A program made the translations under genes and the position numbers. This document shows, one piece after another, positions 1 to 10,421 of a stretch of DNA of 64,000 bases. Origin of the DNA: Candidatus Latescibacterota bacterium (lineage in GTDB: Bacteria; Latescibacterota; UBA2968; UBA8231); contig OZ241867.1 in assembly GCA_965203175.1 (NCBI GenBank), positions 6,080,001 through 6,144,000 of the forward strand, read 5' to 3'. The notes under the pieces were generated by a model. It did no database searches and was not told the origin of the DNA. It saw only the letters and a program-made list of their open reading frames with translations. Each line of letters begins with the position of its first letter. The stretch's first letter is position 1.

Positions 1-2
1 TC

Positions 3-1649
3 ATCCGCGAAGCCATCGACGTCGACCTCGAAAACGGCCGCTACGACCGAGTCATCACCCGCTTTCCACCAGAGCCTAATGCGTACCTGCACATCGGCAG
101 CGCCAAGGCCATCTCGATCAACTTCGGCATTGCCGCGGACTACGGAGGCCAGTGCAATCTCCGCTACGACGACACCAACCCCACGCGCGAAGAGCAGGAA
201 TACGTGGACTCCATGCAGGAGGACATCCGCTGGCTCGGCTTCGACTGGGGACCGCAGCCGTACTACGCTTCCGACTATTTCGGCCAACTCTACGAATGGG
301 CCGTCGCGCTCATCAAAAAGGGCTTGGCGTACGTGGACGACCAGACCGCGGACGAAATCCGGGAAAACCGCGGCACGCTCACCGAGCCGGGCAAAAACAG
401 CCCGTACCGCGACCGCTCCATCGAGGAAAACCTCGACCTCTTTGAGCAAATGAAAGCCGGCGCATTCCCCGATGGCAGCCGCGTGCTGCGCGCCAAAATC
501 GACATGGCCGCGCCCAACATCAACCTGCGCGACCCCGTCATGTACCGCATCATGCACACCGCCCACCACCGCACCGGCGATGCGTGGTGCATTTATCCCA
601 TGTACGACTGGGCTCACGGCCAGAGCGACGCCATCGAGGGCGTTACGCATTCGCTGTGCTCAGACGAATTTACCAATAACCGACCGCTCTACGACTGGTT
701 CATCGAAAAACTCGGCATCTTCCCCTCGCGCCAAATCGAGTTCGCCCGTGGCAACATCACCTACACCATCCTGTCCAAGCGCTACCTCCGGCCGCTCATC
801 GAGCAACAACTCGTGTCCGGCTGGGACGATCCCCGGCTCTCCACCTTGCGCGGCCTGCGCCGCTTGGGCTGCCCGCCCGAAGCCATCCGCCGCTTCTGGG
901 CCGAAGCCGGCATTGCCAAACGCGGCAATAACATCGACATCGCCCTCCTCGAATACTGCATCCGCGACCAGCTCAACCAGACCGCGCCCCGGCGCATGGC
1001 CGTGCTCAACCCGCTCAAGGTAGTAATTGAGAACTACCCAGAAGACCAAAGCGAGATGCTAACGGCCATCAACAACCCGGAAGACGACAGCGCCGGCACC
1101 CGCTCCATCCCCTTTTCGCGGCACCTCTACATCGAGCGCGAGGACTTTATGGAAGACCCGCCGCGCAAGTTCTTTCGCCTCGCCCCAGGCCGCGAAGTCC
1201 GCCTGCGCTACGCCTATTTCATCACCTGCACCGAAGTCGTCAAAGACGACAGCGGTGAGATCGTCGAACTGCGCTGCACGTACGACCCGGCCACGCGCGG
1301 CGGCAACGCACCCGATGGCCGCAAGGTCAAGGCCACCCTGCACTGGGTCTCAGTCCCCCACGCAGTCCCTGCCGAGGTGCGGCTCTACGACCGGCTCTTC
1401 AAAGTCGAAAAACCACTCGAAGCCCCGCCCGGAGGCACCTGGCTAGACAACCTCAATCCAGACTCGCTCAAAGTCCTCAACCCTTGCTATCTAGAGCCAT
1501 CCCTCGCCGACATGGCCCCGGGGGACTCCTGCCAGTTTGAGCGGCTCGGCTACTTCTGCGCCGACCGCAAGGACCACACACCGGACGCGCCCGTCTTCAA
1601 CCGCACCGTCACCTTGCGCGACACTTGGGCGCGGATGCAGAAGGGCTAG
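3..1649 (+). CDS. glnS: Glutamine--tRNA ligase (5' end cut by window edge)
   Basis: Frame open from position 3: [79 protein letters not shown]. Confidence 0.95.
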   Translation: MREAIDVDLENGRYDRVITRFPPEPNAYLHIGSAKAISINFGIAADYGGQCNLRYDDTNPTREEQEYVDSMQEDIRWLGFDWGPQPYYASDYFGQLYEWAVALIKKGLAYVDDQTADEIRENRGTLTEPGKNSPYRDRSIEENLDLFEQMKAGAFPDGSRVLRAKIDMAAPNINLRDPVMYRIMHTAHHRTGDAWCIYPMYDWAHGQSDAIEGVTHSLCSDEFTNNRPLYDWFIEKLGIFPSRQIEFARGNITYTILSKRYLRPLIEQQLVSGWDDPRLSTLRGLRRLGCPPEAIRRFWAEAGIAKRGNNIDIALLEYCIRDQLNQTAPRRMAVLNPLKVVIENYPEDQSEMLTAINNPEDDSAGTRSIPFSRHLYIEREDFMEDPPRKFFRLAPGREVRLRYAYFITCTEVVKDDSGEIVELRCTYDPATRGGNAPDGRKVKATLHWVSVPHAVPAEVRLYDRLFKVEKPLEAPPGGTWLDNLNPDSLKVLNPCYLEPSLADMAPGDSCQFERLGYFCADRKDHTPDAPVFNRTVTLRDTWARMQKG

Positions 1650-1667
1650 CTACACCCACCGCCGCGC

Positions 1668-2444
1668 ATGCGGATTCCGCGCCTCCTATCGGCCCTGCTA
1701 CTCTCGGCACCTGTTGCCGCCGAAGAGGTAGTCGTGCCGGCTGGTCCCTTCACCATGGGTATCGACCACCCGCGAGCCACCGACGAAAAGCCCAGCCGCC
1801 AAGTCTATCTGAGCGCCTTTTCCATCGACCGCTACGAAGTCACCAACGCCCACTTTTCCGCCTTTGTCGCAGCCACCGGCTACCAGACGGAGGCGGAAAA
1901 ACGCGGAGCTGAAAAAGCCGACAGCATTAGCTGGCGTCAGCCCCACGGCCCCGGCTCAGCGGCCGCTCCCGACCATCCGGTCGTCTATGTTAGCTGGCAA
2001 GATGCCCACGCGTATTGCGCTTGGCGCGGCGGACGGCTTCCCACCGAAGCCGAGTGGGAAAAAAGCGCGCGCGGCAGCGACGGTCAGCTCTGGCCCTGGG
2101 GCACGGCTTTTGTGGTAGGACGCGCCAATCTCTGGGGCGCAGAAGACGGGTACGAACAACTGGCACCCGTCGGCTCTTTTCCCTCGGGAGCCAGCCCATA
2201 CGGCGCACTCGACATGGCCGGTAATGTCTGGGAGTGGTGCGCCGACTGGTACGACGCTAACTACTATGCCACCGGCCCGACCAAAGATCCGCAAGGGCCA
2301 GAGACCGGCCGCTTCAAGGTCCTACGCGGCGGCTCGTGGATCAACCCAGGACCCGTGCTGCGCAGCATCAACCGCTTTGAGGTCCTGCCCGTAGAGCGCA
2401 GCCCCTATATCGGCTTCCGCTGCGCCCGTTCCCATGCGCCCTAG
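1668..2444 (+). CDS. Exported formylglycine-generating-enzyme (FGE-sulfatase/SUMF1) domain protein, probably non-catalytic
   Basis: Signal peptide; EVTN, HPVVYVSW, RLPTEAEWE, DMAGNVWEW, RGGSW, GFRC. The catalytic Cys pair after RGGSW is absent. Confidence 0.88.
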   Translation: MRIPRLLSALLLSAPVAAEEVVVPAGPFTMGIDHPRATDEKPSRQVYLSAFSIDRYEVTNAHFSAFVAATGYQTEAEKRGAEKADSISWRQPHGPGSAAAPDHPVVYVSWQDAHAYCAWRGGRLPTEAEWEKSARGSDGQLWPWGTAFVVGRANLWGAEDGYEQLAPVGSFPSGASPYGALDMAGNVWEWCADWYDANYYATGPTKDPQGPETGRFKVLRGGSWINPGPVLRSINRFEVLPVERSPYIGFRCARSHAP

Positions 2445-4074
2445 TACTTGCGCCTACTACGCCCTGCTGGCCTTAGCCGCCTGCGTCCCCACACCAGACC
2501 TCACCCCGATGCGCTTCACCGACGTTACCACAGCGTGCGGCTTGGATTTCCGCATGTATTCGGGCGGTCGGGTCAAAAACTACATCATTGAGGCCAAGGG
2601 CGGAGGTGGAGCCTTTCTCGACTACGACGACGATGGCTGGCTCGACATCTACTTGGTCAACGGCTCGCGACTGGAAGGCTATCCCGACTCGGCCACGGCC
2701 CCGACCAACGCCCTCTACCGCAACATGGGCGACGGCACCTTTGAGAATTACACCCGCACAGCCGGGGTCGGCGATGCAGGCTGGGGCATGGGCTGCGCGG
2801 CGGCCGACTACGACCAAGACGGCGACCTAGACCTCTATGTGACTAATTACGGCCCCAACGTCCTCTACCGGAACGAGGGCAATGGCCAATTCCGCGACGT
2901 CGGCCAAGCCGCTGGCGTCGATCTATCAGGCTGGAGCACGGGTGCTACCTTCGGAGACTACGACGGCGACGGAGACCCAGACCTCTATGTAGCCCAGTAC
3001 CTACACTTTGCGCCCGAGCGCGTTCCTCCCCGGGGCGGCATGTGGAAGGGAGTCCTAGTCTTCGCTGGACCACTCGGCCTCCCCGGGGCACAGGATGTCC
3101 TGTATCGCAATGAGGGCAACGGCCAATTCCACGACGTCACCCGCCAAGCCAAGGCTGGCCAATTTGAGCCTACCTACGGCCTGAGCGCCCTTTTTTGCGA
3201 CTACGACCAAGACGGCGACCCAGACCTCTATGTGGCCAATGATTCGGCACCTAATTTTCTCTACCGGAATGAGGGCAACGGCCAATTCCGCGACGTCGGT
3301 ATGGAGGCCGGAGCCGCTCTCAGCGCCGAAGGGGGCGCACAGGCAGGTATGGGCATCGCTTATGGAGACTACGATGGCGATGGCGATGGCGACTTGTTGG
3401 TCACCCACTTTGAAGACGACTACAACACCCTCTACGGCAACCAAGGCGATGGCCGCTTCTCAGTGGTTAGTGCTGCAGCCGGCCTCGCCGAGCCGAGCCT
3501 GCCACACTTATCCTTTGGCACGTTCTTTTTCGACTACGACAACGACCAAGACCAAGACCTGTTTGTGGCCAACGGACACGTCTATCCGCAAATCCGGCAC
3601 CTAGCACCCAATGGCTACGCCGAACCCAACCAGCTTTTTGCCAATCAGGGCTCAGCCGGGGCCTATCGCTTCGCAGAAGTCGCAGCCGGAGACGTGAGCC
3701 GCCCCGCCGTCAGTCGCGGTGCCGCCAAGGGGGACTACGACAACGATGGGGATGTAGATCTTTTGGTCTTCAACCTCGACGAGCCGCCGCAACTTTTGCG
3801 CAACGACGGCGGCAACCAGCGCAACTGGCTGAGCCTGCGCGTGGTCGGCGGCTTAGGGGCGAAAGTCGCCATCGCCAGCGGCGGAGTCGAGCAGACCACG
3901 GAGATAGTCAGTGGCGGCAGCTTCCTTGCGCACAGCGACGGGCGCATCCACTTCGGTTTGGGGTTCAATCAGACCGCCGATTGGATTGAGATTCGCTGGC
4001 CCTCGGGCCGCGTCCAGCGCCTTGAAGACGTGGCCGCCAACCAGTTCTTAACAGTAGAAGAGCCGGGGCCTTAA
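2434..4074 (+). CDS. CRTAC1-family FG-GAP/VCBS beta-propeller lipoprotein with C-terminal ASPIC/UnbV domain
   Basis: Lipobox LAAC; repeated DYDxDGDxDL and LYRNEGNG blades; HFGLG...IEIRWPSG C-terminus. Confidence 0.9.
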   Translation: MRPSTCAYYALLALAACVPTPDLTPMRFTDVTTACGLDFRMYSGGRVKNYIIEAKGGGGAFLDYDDDGWLDIYLVNGSRLEGYPDSATAPTNALYRNMGDGTFENYTRTAGVGDAGWGMGCAAADYDQDGDLDLYVTNYGPNVLYRNEGNGQFRDVGQAAGVDLSGWSTGATFGDYDGDGDPDLYVAQYLHFAPERVPPRGGMWKGVLVFAGPLGLPGAQDVLYRNEGNGQFHDVTRQAKAGQFEPTYGLSALFCDYDQDGDPDLYVANDSAPNFLYRNEGNGQFRDVGMEAGAALSAEGGAQAGMGIAYGDYDGDGDGDLLVTHFEDDYNTLYGNQGDGRFSVVSAAAGLAEPSLPHLSFGTFFFDYDNDQDQDLFVANGHVYPQIRHLAPNGYAEPNQLFANQGSAGAYRFAEVAAGDVSRPAVSRGAAKGDYDNDGDVDLLVFNLDEPPQLLRNDGGNQRNWLSLRVVGGLGAKVAIASGGVEQTTEIVSGGSFLAHSDGRIHFGLGFNQTADWIEIRWPSGRVQRLEDVAANQFLTVEEPGP

Positions 4075-4080
4075 TTCCAC

Positions 4081-5826
4081 CTATTGCTTGCGTAGCCGTT
4101 CTCGCACCTGCGCTAGATAGTGCCGAGCCTGCGCGTGGTCGGGATCAGCCACAAGCGCCCGGGCAAAGGCCCGCTCCGCCTCGTTTAGCTTTCCTTGGCG
4201 AATGCGGATCACGCCTACGCCATGCCACGCGTCGGCATTTTCCGGGTCCAAGATCAGCATCTGCTTGAATGCCTTCAGCGCCTCAGACCACGAACCCCGC
4301 TGCAGGTGGACCCCACCCAAATTGTACCAGGCCTTCAAATAGGCCGGTTCAAGGACGACGGCCTGTTTATATGAATGGAGTGCCTCGTCCCAAGCACCCT
4401 GCTTGACCTGCAAAAGTCCCAGATTGTACCAAGCCATCGCGTAGTTGGGATAAATCGCCAAGGCAGACCGGTTGTACATTTGGGCGCTGTCGAGTCGTCC
4501 GGCCTCCGCATGCATTCGTCCCATCCCCAGATGCGCCCGGGCACTGCGGGGGGCCGACTTGAACTGCGTGCGGTAGAAGGTCTCGGCGTCGGCCCACGTT
4601 GCGTTGCGTGCCGCCGTCAGAACCGCATAGCTGCCAAGCAACCCCAAGCCCACCGTCCAAAGCCCCCAACCCCAGCGCTGCGCTAGTTGCCAGAGGCCCC
4701 AACCTAACAGCAGGCAAAACGCGGCTGACGGTGCGTAAATTAGCCGTTCTCCCATGATGGTCGGCACTAGGACCAGAAAATTGCTCGTCGGTGCGGCTAG
4801 GATCGCATAGCTCCCTGCGACAAAGGCGACCATTGGCGACCGCTGCCAACAGTACCAAGCCGCGCCAGCTACGATAAGCACTGCGGCGCAAAAGCCAATC
4901 ACTCCCCAGTCCAGTGGATCGCCTACCAACTGGATCTGGGCATGGGAGTAGTCCGAGGAAAGCCCCAGTGGCCAGATCAGCAGCCGCAGGTAGGCAAATT
5001 GCACGGTTGCGGCCGTCAACACCCGCTCCAGCGACGCGGCGTTCACCAAGGGATTGTCGAGCGCGGAGATGTCGCTGTCGGCTGTCCCTAGAACCACTTG
5101 GCGCAGAAGCAGCCAGCCTACCAATACTAAGCCGTATCCGCCGTAGGCCCGCCAGCGCGCCTTAAGCGGCTGCGCAGTGCAGATGTCCAGCCACAGAGCG
5201 ACGAAGAGATAGACGGCGGCGGACTCCTTGCTCAATAGCGCAAACCAGTACAGCACGCTAGCCCCTTTCCACTGCCCGCGATGGTGCAAGGCCAGAAAGG
5301 ACGCGCCCAAGAGCATAGCTAGAGGCTCGGCTCGGCCAGTAATAAACGCCACGGCCTCAGTGTGGACTGGATGCGCGGCAAAAAGCAGAGCGGCGGCCAT
5401 ACAAGCGCAGACGGCCAAACCCAGCCGCAGCCCCAAAAGAAAGAACGCACAGCTAGCCCCCGCGTGTAGTGCGGCATTGACCAGATGGAATCCCACGCCA
5501 TGTGCACCGGGCAACCCCAAGAACTCGTTGGTCCAATAATTAAACGCCAGCGTCCAAACCGTCAGCGGCCGGTAGTGGTGTGAGTGCAGGATCTCGCCCC
5601 AATAACGACCAGCGAGAATTCGGTCCACCCGCCACGGATCGTGCATCAGTTCGTTGGTGGGGATCAATTTGCGGTCGTCGTACACCAACTCGTTGCCCAG
5701 CGCATTGACGTACACGCCGCACGCGACCAAGGCCACTAGCGCCAGTGCTACCCACTGGCCGCGCTCGGCGACCTTGGCGCATGCAGATGAAGAAGTTTTC
5801 CCCAGCTTACTGCGCACTCGACTCAT
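4081..5826 (-). CDS. TMTC-like GT-C membrane glycosyltransferase with C-terminal TPRs
   Basis: VYDD, YRPL, HPVHTEAV, SKE, WPLGLSSDYS, ERLIYAP, RNATW, then several TPRs. Start uncertain. Confidence 0.8.
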   Translation of the reverse strand: MSRVRSKLGKTSSSACAKVAERGQWVALALVALVACGVYVNALGNELVYDDRKLIPTNELMHDPWRVDRILAGRYWGEILHSHHYRPLTVWTLAFNYWTNEFLGLPGAHGVGFHLVNAALHAGASCAFFLLGLRLGLAVCACMAAALLFAAHPVHTEAVAFITGRAEPLAMLLGASFLALHHRGQWKGASVLYWFALLSKESAAVYLFVALWLDICTAQPLKARWRAYGGYGLVLVGWLLLRQVVLGTADSDISALDNPLVNAASLERVLTAATVQFAYLRLLIWPLGLSSDYSHAQIQLVGDPLDWGVIGFCAAVLIVAGAAWYCWQRSPMVAFVAGSYAILAAPTSNFLVLVPTIMGERLIYAPSAAFCLLLGWGLWQLAQRWGWGLWTVGLGLLGSYAVLTAARNATWADAETFYRTQFKSAPRSARAHLGMGRMHAEAGRLDSAQMYNRSALAIYPNYAMAWYNLGLLQVKQGAWDEALHSYKQAVVLEPAYLKAWYNLGGVHLQRGSWSEALKAFKQMLILDPENADAWHGVGVIRIRQGKLNEAERAFARALVADPDHAQARHYLAQVRERLRKQ

Positions 5827-8800
5827 AGGCGGATAACTGTTTTAGGAGTGCCTCTCGCAATTGGACTGGCGTCAGCGCGATGGCCTGCTGCTGGAAGGCA
5901 ACGGCCGCAGACCATTTTCCCTGCTCGGCTTGGGCCAGGGCCAGCGCCACCAGCGTCCTCACCAGCGTCTTGCGGGCCAGCGGCAGATCCACCTGCTGGG
6001 CTTGAGCCTGCTCCAGCACCTTGCGCGCCTCATCAACGCGCCCGGCTCGCGACAATGCGATGACGAGGTTATTGAGCGCCCTAGCGTCGTCGGGGGCCAA
6101 GTCAACCGCACGGCGAAAGTGATCCAGCGCTTCGACTAGACGACCCTGCTCTTCGAGCAAGACCCCTGTATTGATATGCGCCTTGGGAAAATCCGGTCGC
6201 AAGGCCAGCGCCCGGCGCAGCGCGCGCAGGGCCTCTGCAGCCTCGCCCCGAGCGTAGTGGGCCATCCCCAAGCCGTAGTGGGCTTCGGCTAACTCCTCAT
6301 TCTGCACCAACGCCTGAGTGTAGTGGACTATCGCCGCCTCGGTCTCGTTTTGGCGTAGCAACACATTGGCCAGATTGGTCTGCGTCTCGGCGTCGGGAGC
6401 CAGTGCTAGCGATTGCTCTAACGCCTGCTGTGCTTCTGTTAGTCGCCCGGCCCGCGACAACTCCAGCCCCAACTTCGAGTGGGCATCTGGGTGCTTGGGA
6501 TGGATGCGGACGGCTTGGCGATAGCGATCGATCTCCTGCTTGAGAGGTTGCAGCGCCTCGAAGCGGCGCAGAGCTTGGTCTGCGGCCTGCCCTTGGCCCA
6601 GCCGCTGGTAGGTCCGCGCCAAGTGCAAATAGGGCATCGGCTCCTCGGGAGCCAACTCCCGCGCTTGCACAAAGGCAACAATGGCCGCCTCGCCATCCCC
6701 GAGATGGTTGTGGGCTAGGCCGAGTCGATAGTGAGTTTCCCAATCCTCGGGTGCCAGCGTCGCAGCCCGCGCTAGTGTCGCTGCGGCTTGGGCGGGTTGG
6801 TTGAGATGCAGGTAAATGACCCCCAGCAACTGGGCCACCTCGACGACCGAAGTATCCTGTGCCACAGCCTGCTCTAGCACCTCGGCTGCTTCCTCGTAGC
6901 GCCCCAAGCCAGAGTAGAGTGCCACGCCAGCCGCGTAGTGCAGACGGACCGCGCCTGGATAGCGCCTGAGCGCTGGCCGCAACAGGGCTACCGCCTCTTG
7001 GTAGCGACCTTGGCCGTATAGCGCAGTGGCCTGCTCGTAGTACTCTTCCGCTGTCCAATCTGGATTGAGCGCGACCTCCTCGATGGAGTCTGTGCGCTCG
7101 GTAGGCGGCGCGGGTACCAGCACCGACGGCGGCACCTGCTCGCTGTAGCGAGCTATTTCCGCCCCCTCGCCCTCGCGCAACACCAAATAGCGCCGGAGAG
7201 GAGGTTGTTCGACCACTTGCACCCGCCCCGACGGCCAGCGGATCTCGATTTTTTCCACTTGCGCAAGTCCGCCCAGTCCAAAGAGCACCCGACCGTCGTT
7301 GGCGGACAAATAGCCATAGCCGCGCTTGGCTTGGCGCACGCGCACTTGCCCGTCTGCCCAAAGCCGTACGCTAGCTCCTTCAGCGGGCCGCCCCATCGCG
7401 CCGATCAGTTCCAATCCCAACCAGTAGTTGCGGTTGCCTCCGTCGTTGCGCAGCAGGCTCAGGCGGTCGTTGAGGTTGTTGACGAGCAAGTCTAAGTCGC
7501 CGTCGTTGTCGTAGTCGCCAAAGGCCGTGCCTCGGCTCACCTGTTCGGCCTCTAGGCCTGCCGGATCGGCCAGCGCGAAAACGCCGTCTCGGTTCCAGTA
7601 CAGTAGATTGCGCTGACGATAGTTAAGCCCCAATGGATGGGTTTCTAGCTGGGGGTAGAGATGGCCGTTGGCGACGAAGAGGTCGAGCCAACCGTCCAAA
7701 TCAAAATCGGCTAGGGCTGTGCTCCATCCCAAAAAGGGCCGCACCGCACCACCCAAGCCCGCTGCGTAGGTAGCATCGGCAAAGGAACCATTCCCGAGGT
7801 TTTGGTACAGGGTATTGACATCGTCGGAAAAGTTGGTGACTACAACGTCTAAGTCGCCATCGTTATCGTAGTCGCCGCTATCGATCCCCATGCCAGCTTG
7901 GGCGCGTCCCTCTTCGCTGTAGGCCACCCCGGCAAAGGCACCAACCTCGCGCAGTCGCCAAGCGCCGTCGTTGCGATAGAGCAGGTTGGGGGTCGAGTCA
8001 TTGGCGATATAGATATCTTGGTCCCCATCGCCATCGTAGTCGGTAAAAAGCACCCCGAGACCGAGGTAGGTTCGTTGGTCAATTCCAGTCGCCGCGCTTA
8101 CATCGGCAAAAGTGCCGTTTCCCTCGTTGCGATAGAGCACGTCGGCTTGGCCGTCCAAGCCGTGTGGGCCACAGAACACGGACAAACCCTTCCAGCCGCT
8201 GCATGGCTCGCCATCGCCGGGCGGATTGTTTAGGTCAAAGTCCACGTAGTTGGCCACATAGAGATCGAGCCAGCCGTCCAAATCCACATCGCCAAACGCC
8301 GCGCTAGCGCCCCAGCGCCGGTCGTCTGTGCCCGCCTCTACGGAAGTGAAGGTGCCGTTCCCCTCGTTGCGATAAAACGCGTTCGGCCCCCAGTAGGTGA
8401 CGTAGAGGTCGAGATCGCCGTCGTTGTCGTAATCGGCCACTGCACAGCCCATGCCCCAGCCCGTTTGCCCCAACCCGGCCGCTTGCGTCACCTCGGCAAA
8501 TGACCGTCCACCGTCAGGGGCCGGGACGTTGCGCCAGAGGCGATTGCCCGTCTCCGGCGCGTCCTCCACGCGTGTGCCATTGACGGCGAACGCATCCTGC
8601 CAGCCATCCGCGTCGAAGTCGAAAAAGGCCACCCCCGAGCCCATGGCCTCCAAAATGTAGCGCTGCTGCGGGCCACCTGACACGTGGACGAAGTCCAGCC
8701 CCGCCGCTTGGGTCGCATCCGCAAAGCGCACGGCATGCGCCGGCCTTTCTGTACCCTGCTCCGCTACCGGCTCGGGCGCGCATCCCCACAAGCTCAGCAG

Positions 8801-8839
8801 CGCGGCCAGCACAATGCCCTTTCTCGCCTTAGACCCCAC
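5807..8839 (-). CDS. CRTAC1/ASPIC-UnbV lipoprotein fused to a long C-terminal TPR array
   Basis: Lipobox LWGC; FG-GAP repeats; FGLG...IEIRWPSG; about 10 TPR-like units. Confidence 0.88.
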   Translation of the reverse strand: MGSKARKGIVLAALLSLWGCAPEPVAEQGTERPAHAVRFADATQAAGLDFVHVSGGPQQRYILEAMGSGVAFFDFDADGWQDAFAVNGTRVEDAPETGNRLWRNVPAPDGGRSFAEVTQAAGLGQTGWGMGCAVADYDNDGDLDLYVTYWGPNAFYRNEGNGTFTSVEAGTDDRRWGASAAFGDVDLDGWLDLYVANYVDFDLNNPPGDGEPCSGWKGLSVFCGPHGLDGQADVLYRNEGNGTFADVSAATGIDQRTYLGLGVLFTDYDGDGDQDIYIANDSTPNLLYRNDGAWRLREVGAFAGVAYSEEGRAQAGMGIDSGDYDNDGDLDVVVTNFSDDVNTLYQNLGNGSFADATYAAGLGGAVRPFLGWSTALADFDLDGWLDLFVANGHLYPQLETHPLGLNYRQRNLLYWNRDGVFALADPAGLEAEQVSRGTAFGDYDNDGDLDLLVNNLNDRLSLLRNDGGNRNYWLGLELIGAMGRPAEGASVRLWADGQVRVRQAKRGYGYLSANDGRVLFGLGGLAQVEKIEIRWPSGRVQVVEQPPLRRYLVLREGEGAEIARYSEQVPPSVLVPAPPTERTDSIEEVALNPDWTAEEYYEQATALYGQGRYQEAVALLRPALRRYPGAVRLHYAAGVALYSGLGRYEEAAEVLEQAVAQDTSVVEVAQLLGVIYLHLNQPAQAAATLARAATLAPEDWETHYRLGLAHNHLGDGEAAIVAFVQARELAPEEPMPYLHLARTYQRLGQGQAADQALRRFEALQPLKQEIDRYRQAVRIHPKHPDAHSKLGLELSRAGRLTEAQQALEQSLALAPDAETQTNLANVLLRQNETEAAIVHYTQALVQNEELAEAHYGLGMAHYARGEAAEALRALRRALALRPDFPKAHINTGVLLEEQGRLVEALDHFRRAVDLAPDDARALNNLVIALSRAGRVDEARKVLEQAQAQQVDLPLARKTLVRTLVALALAQAEQGKWSAAVAFQQQAIALTPVQLREALLKQLSAYESSAQ

Positions 8840-10400
8840 CGGACACCTCCGCTAGTGCTCGTTGCAGGGCAGGGCGGTCTCTTGGATGCAATTCCTCAAG
8901 CATCCGCCTTAGAAAGCGCAGCCCACCCTGCTCGACGAACTGGCGGCGCTCGGCTTCTTGCAGGTGCGGAAGCGCGGCCACTTGTGCCGCTATCAGCTCC
9001 GCTAGACGCCGCCTGAGTGCCGCCGGGCGCGCGTTATAGGGCATGCGCTTGAGAAAGAGCATCAGGTCATTGCGCCGCCAGACCTCTTCCAGCGGTGGGT
9101 AGCTGGGTCGATAGTCCTCGTATTCCCCTAGCATAGCGGACGCACCCCACTGCCCGGCTAGCGGACTCGCCGCTAGAGTCTCGACCATCGTCCGAGCGAT
9201 TAGGTAGTGGCCAAAGACTGTCGGATGTACGTACTCGGAGATCAACTCGCGGCCGACGATGCCGTGTGGCGACGCCGCAGAGAAAGCAGCTTCCACTTCG
9301 CAGAGCAATACCCCGTTCGAGTTGGAAGCCACCTCGCGGAGTATCTGATTGAAAAGCGTCGGGGCACGGAAGGGCAAGCGATCCAGGTCTCGCGCCCGTG
9401 TAAAAGCGGCTTTGGCCTCGCCGTATTCGCCGCGCAGATAGTGCTGCCGTCCCAATGTGAAGTGGAGATTGGCGCAGTAAGGATTTTCGCGCAGGGCGTT
9501 CCGCGCCTGTCGCTCGGCCTCTGCCCAGTGTCCGGCAGCGGTCAACGCCTCTATCTCCGGCGTCACCGCATCGCACTCTGAACGCAGCGGATGAAAGTCC
9601 TTGAGATTGGCAACTAGGGTCGAAAACAACAGCGGAATCTCATGCTCAGCGGCAATGAGGGCGATTTCCTCGAGGTTGGCGCGAAAGTTTTCCGCCGTCC
9701 TGCTGTAGCCTGCGTCGAGCGGACCGATTTCTTCGCGTGCTAGATGCAAACCAAAGGATGCAGTCTCCTCCTCGGGTTGGGCCCAGCTTTGCAGGTATGC
9801 GATTAATTCCCCTAGGTAGTAGTAGATGCGCGAACGCTGCAAAAGCATCAGGAAGCGGATCATCGTTCGGTCGTTGCCCACGCGGACAAAGGGCGTAGTA
9901 ACTCCGTAGGGTCCCATGAATTCGTTGTGGCCCGTGTAGAGAATGACCAAGTCGGGATCGTAGTCGGCGATCTCGCGCATAAAGTCCACTAGACAGAAAG
10001 TATTGAGCGCGGTGATCCCACAGTTGATCACTTCAAAACGCCGCTCGGGGTAAGCGGCGGGAAGCATTTTCTCTAGGTATTGGGGAAAGGCGGCCGAAAC
10101 CGGATGTGGGAAACCAACGAGAGTCGAGGCCCCCAAGACAAAGACGCGCACGACATCGGGCGCTTTGTCGGCCGCAAAGCTCTGCACTAGCGGCGAGGAG
10201 CGGCGATATGGATGCTGGAAGAAGCGGTAGGTAACGTCCCGATTAGCAGTATAGACTTTTTCGCCGCCGGTTTCCCTCAACGCGAAAAGACGGGGAGAGG
10301 GACCTACGTCGCAAAGTTGCAAAATGCCTTCGACCCCAGCCAGCAAACCCAACCCCACAAGCGCGGATAGCAGGTTTAGGGCCAGCGCTTTCCTCTGCAT
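8829..10400 (-). CDS. Membrane-anchored SGNH/GDSL hydrolase-family protein with TPR
   Basis: N-terminal TM; VLGAST (block I), INCG (II), YTGHNE (III), EYVHP (V); internal TPR. Confidence 0.75.
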   Translation of the reverse strand: MQRKALALNLLSALVGLGLLAGVEGILQLCDVGPSPRLFALRETGGEKVYTANRDVTYRFFQHPYRRSSPLVQSFAADKAPDVVRVFVLGASTLVGFPHPVSAAFPQYLEKMLPAAYPERRFEVINCGITALNTFCLVDFMREIADYDPDLVILYTGHNEFMGPYGVTTPFVRVGNDRTMIRFLMLLQRSRIYYYLGELIAYLQSWAQPEEETASFGLHLAREEIGPLDAGYSRTAENFRANLEEIALIAAEHEIPLLFSTLVANLKDFHPLRSECDAVTPEIEALTAAGHWAEAERQARNALRENPYCANLHFTLGRQHYLRGEYGEAKAAFTRARDLDRLPFRAPTLFNQILREVASNSNGVLLCEVEAAFSAASPHGIVGRELISEYVHPTVFGHYLIARTMVETLAASPLAGQWGASAMLGEYEDYRPSYPPLEEVWRRNDLMLFLKRMPYNARPAALRRRLAELIAAQVAALPHLQEAERRQFVEQGGLRFLRRMLEELHPRDRPALQRALAEVSGGV

Positions 10401-10421
10401 GTGCCCGCCGGACGGCGGCCC

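Noticed and set aside
1668-2444. Active sulfatase-maturing FGE for the sulfatase at 61054
   Set aside because: It lacks the catalytic cysteines after RGGSW and is exported, whereas the sulfatase has no signal peptide.
6297-7361. Long alternative-frame and antisense ORFs (also 32598-33578, 33578-34510, 38110-38973, 61309-62160 and many others)
   Set aside because: They overlap well-supported genes and have Arg/Pro/Ala-rich shadow composition typical of GC-rich DNA.
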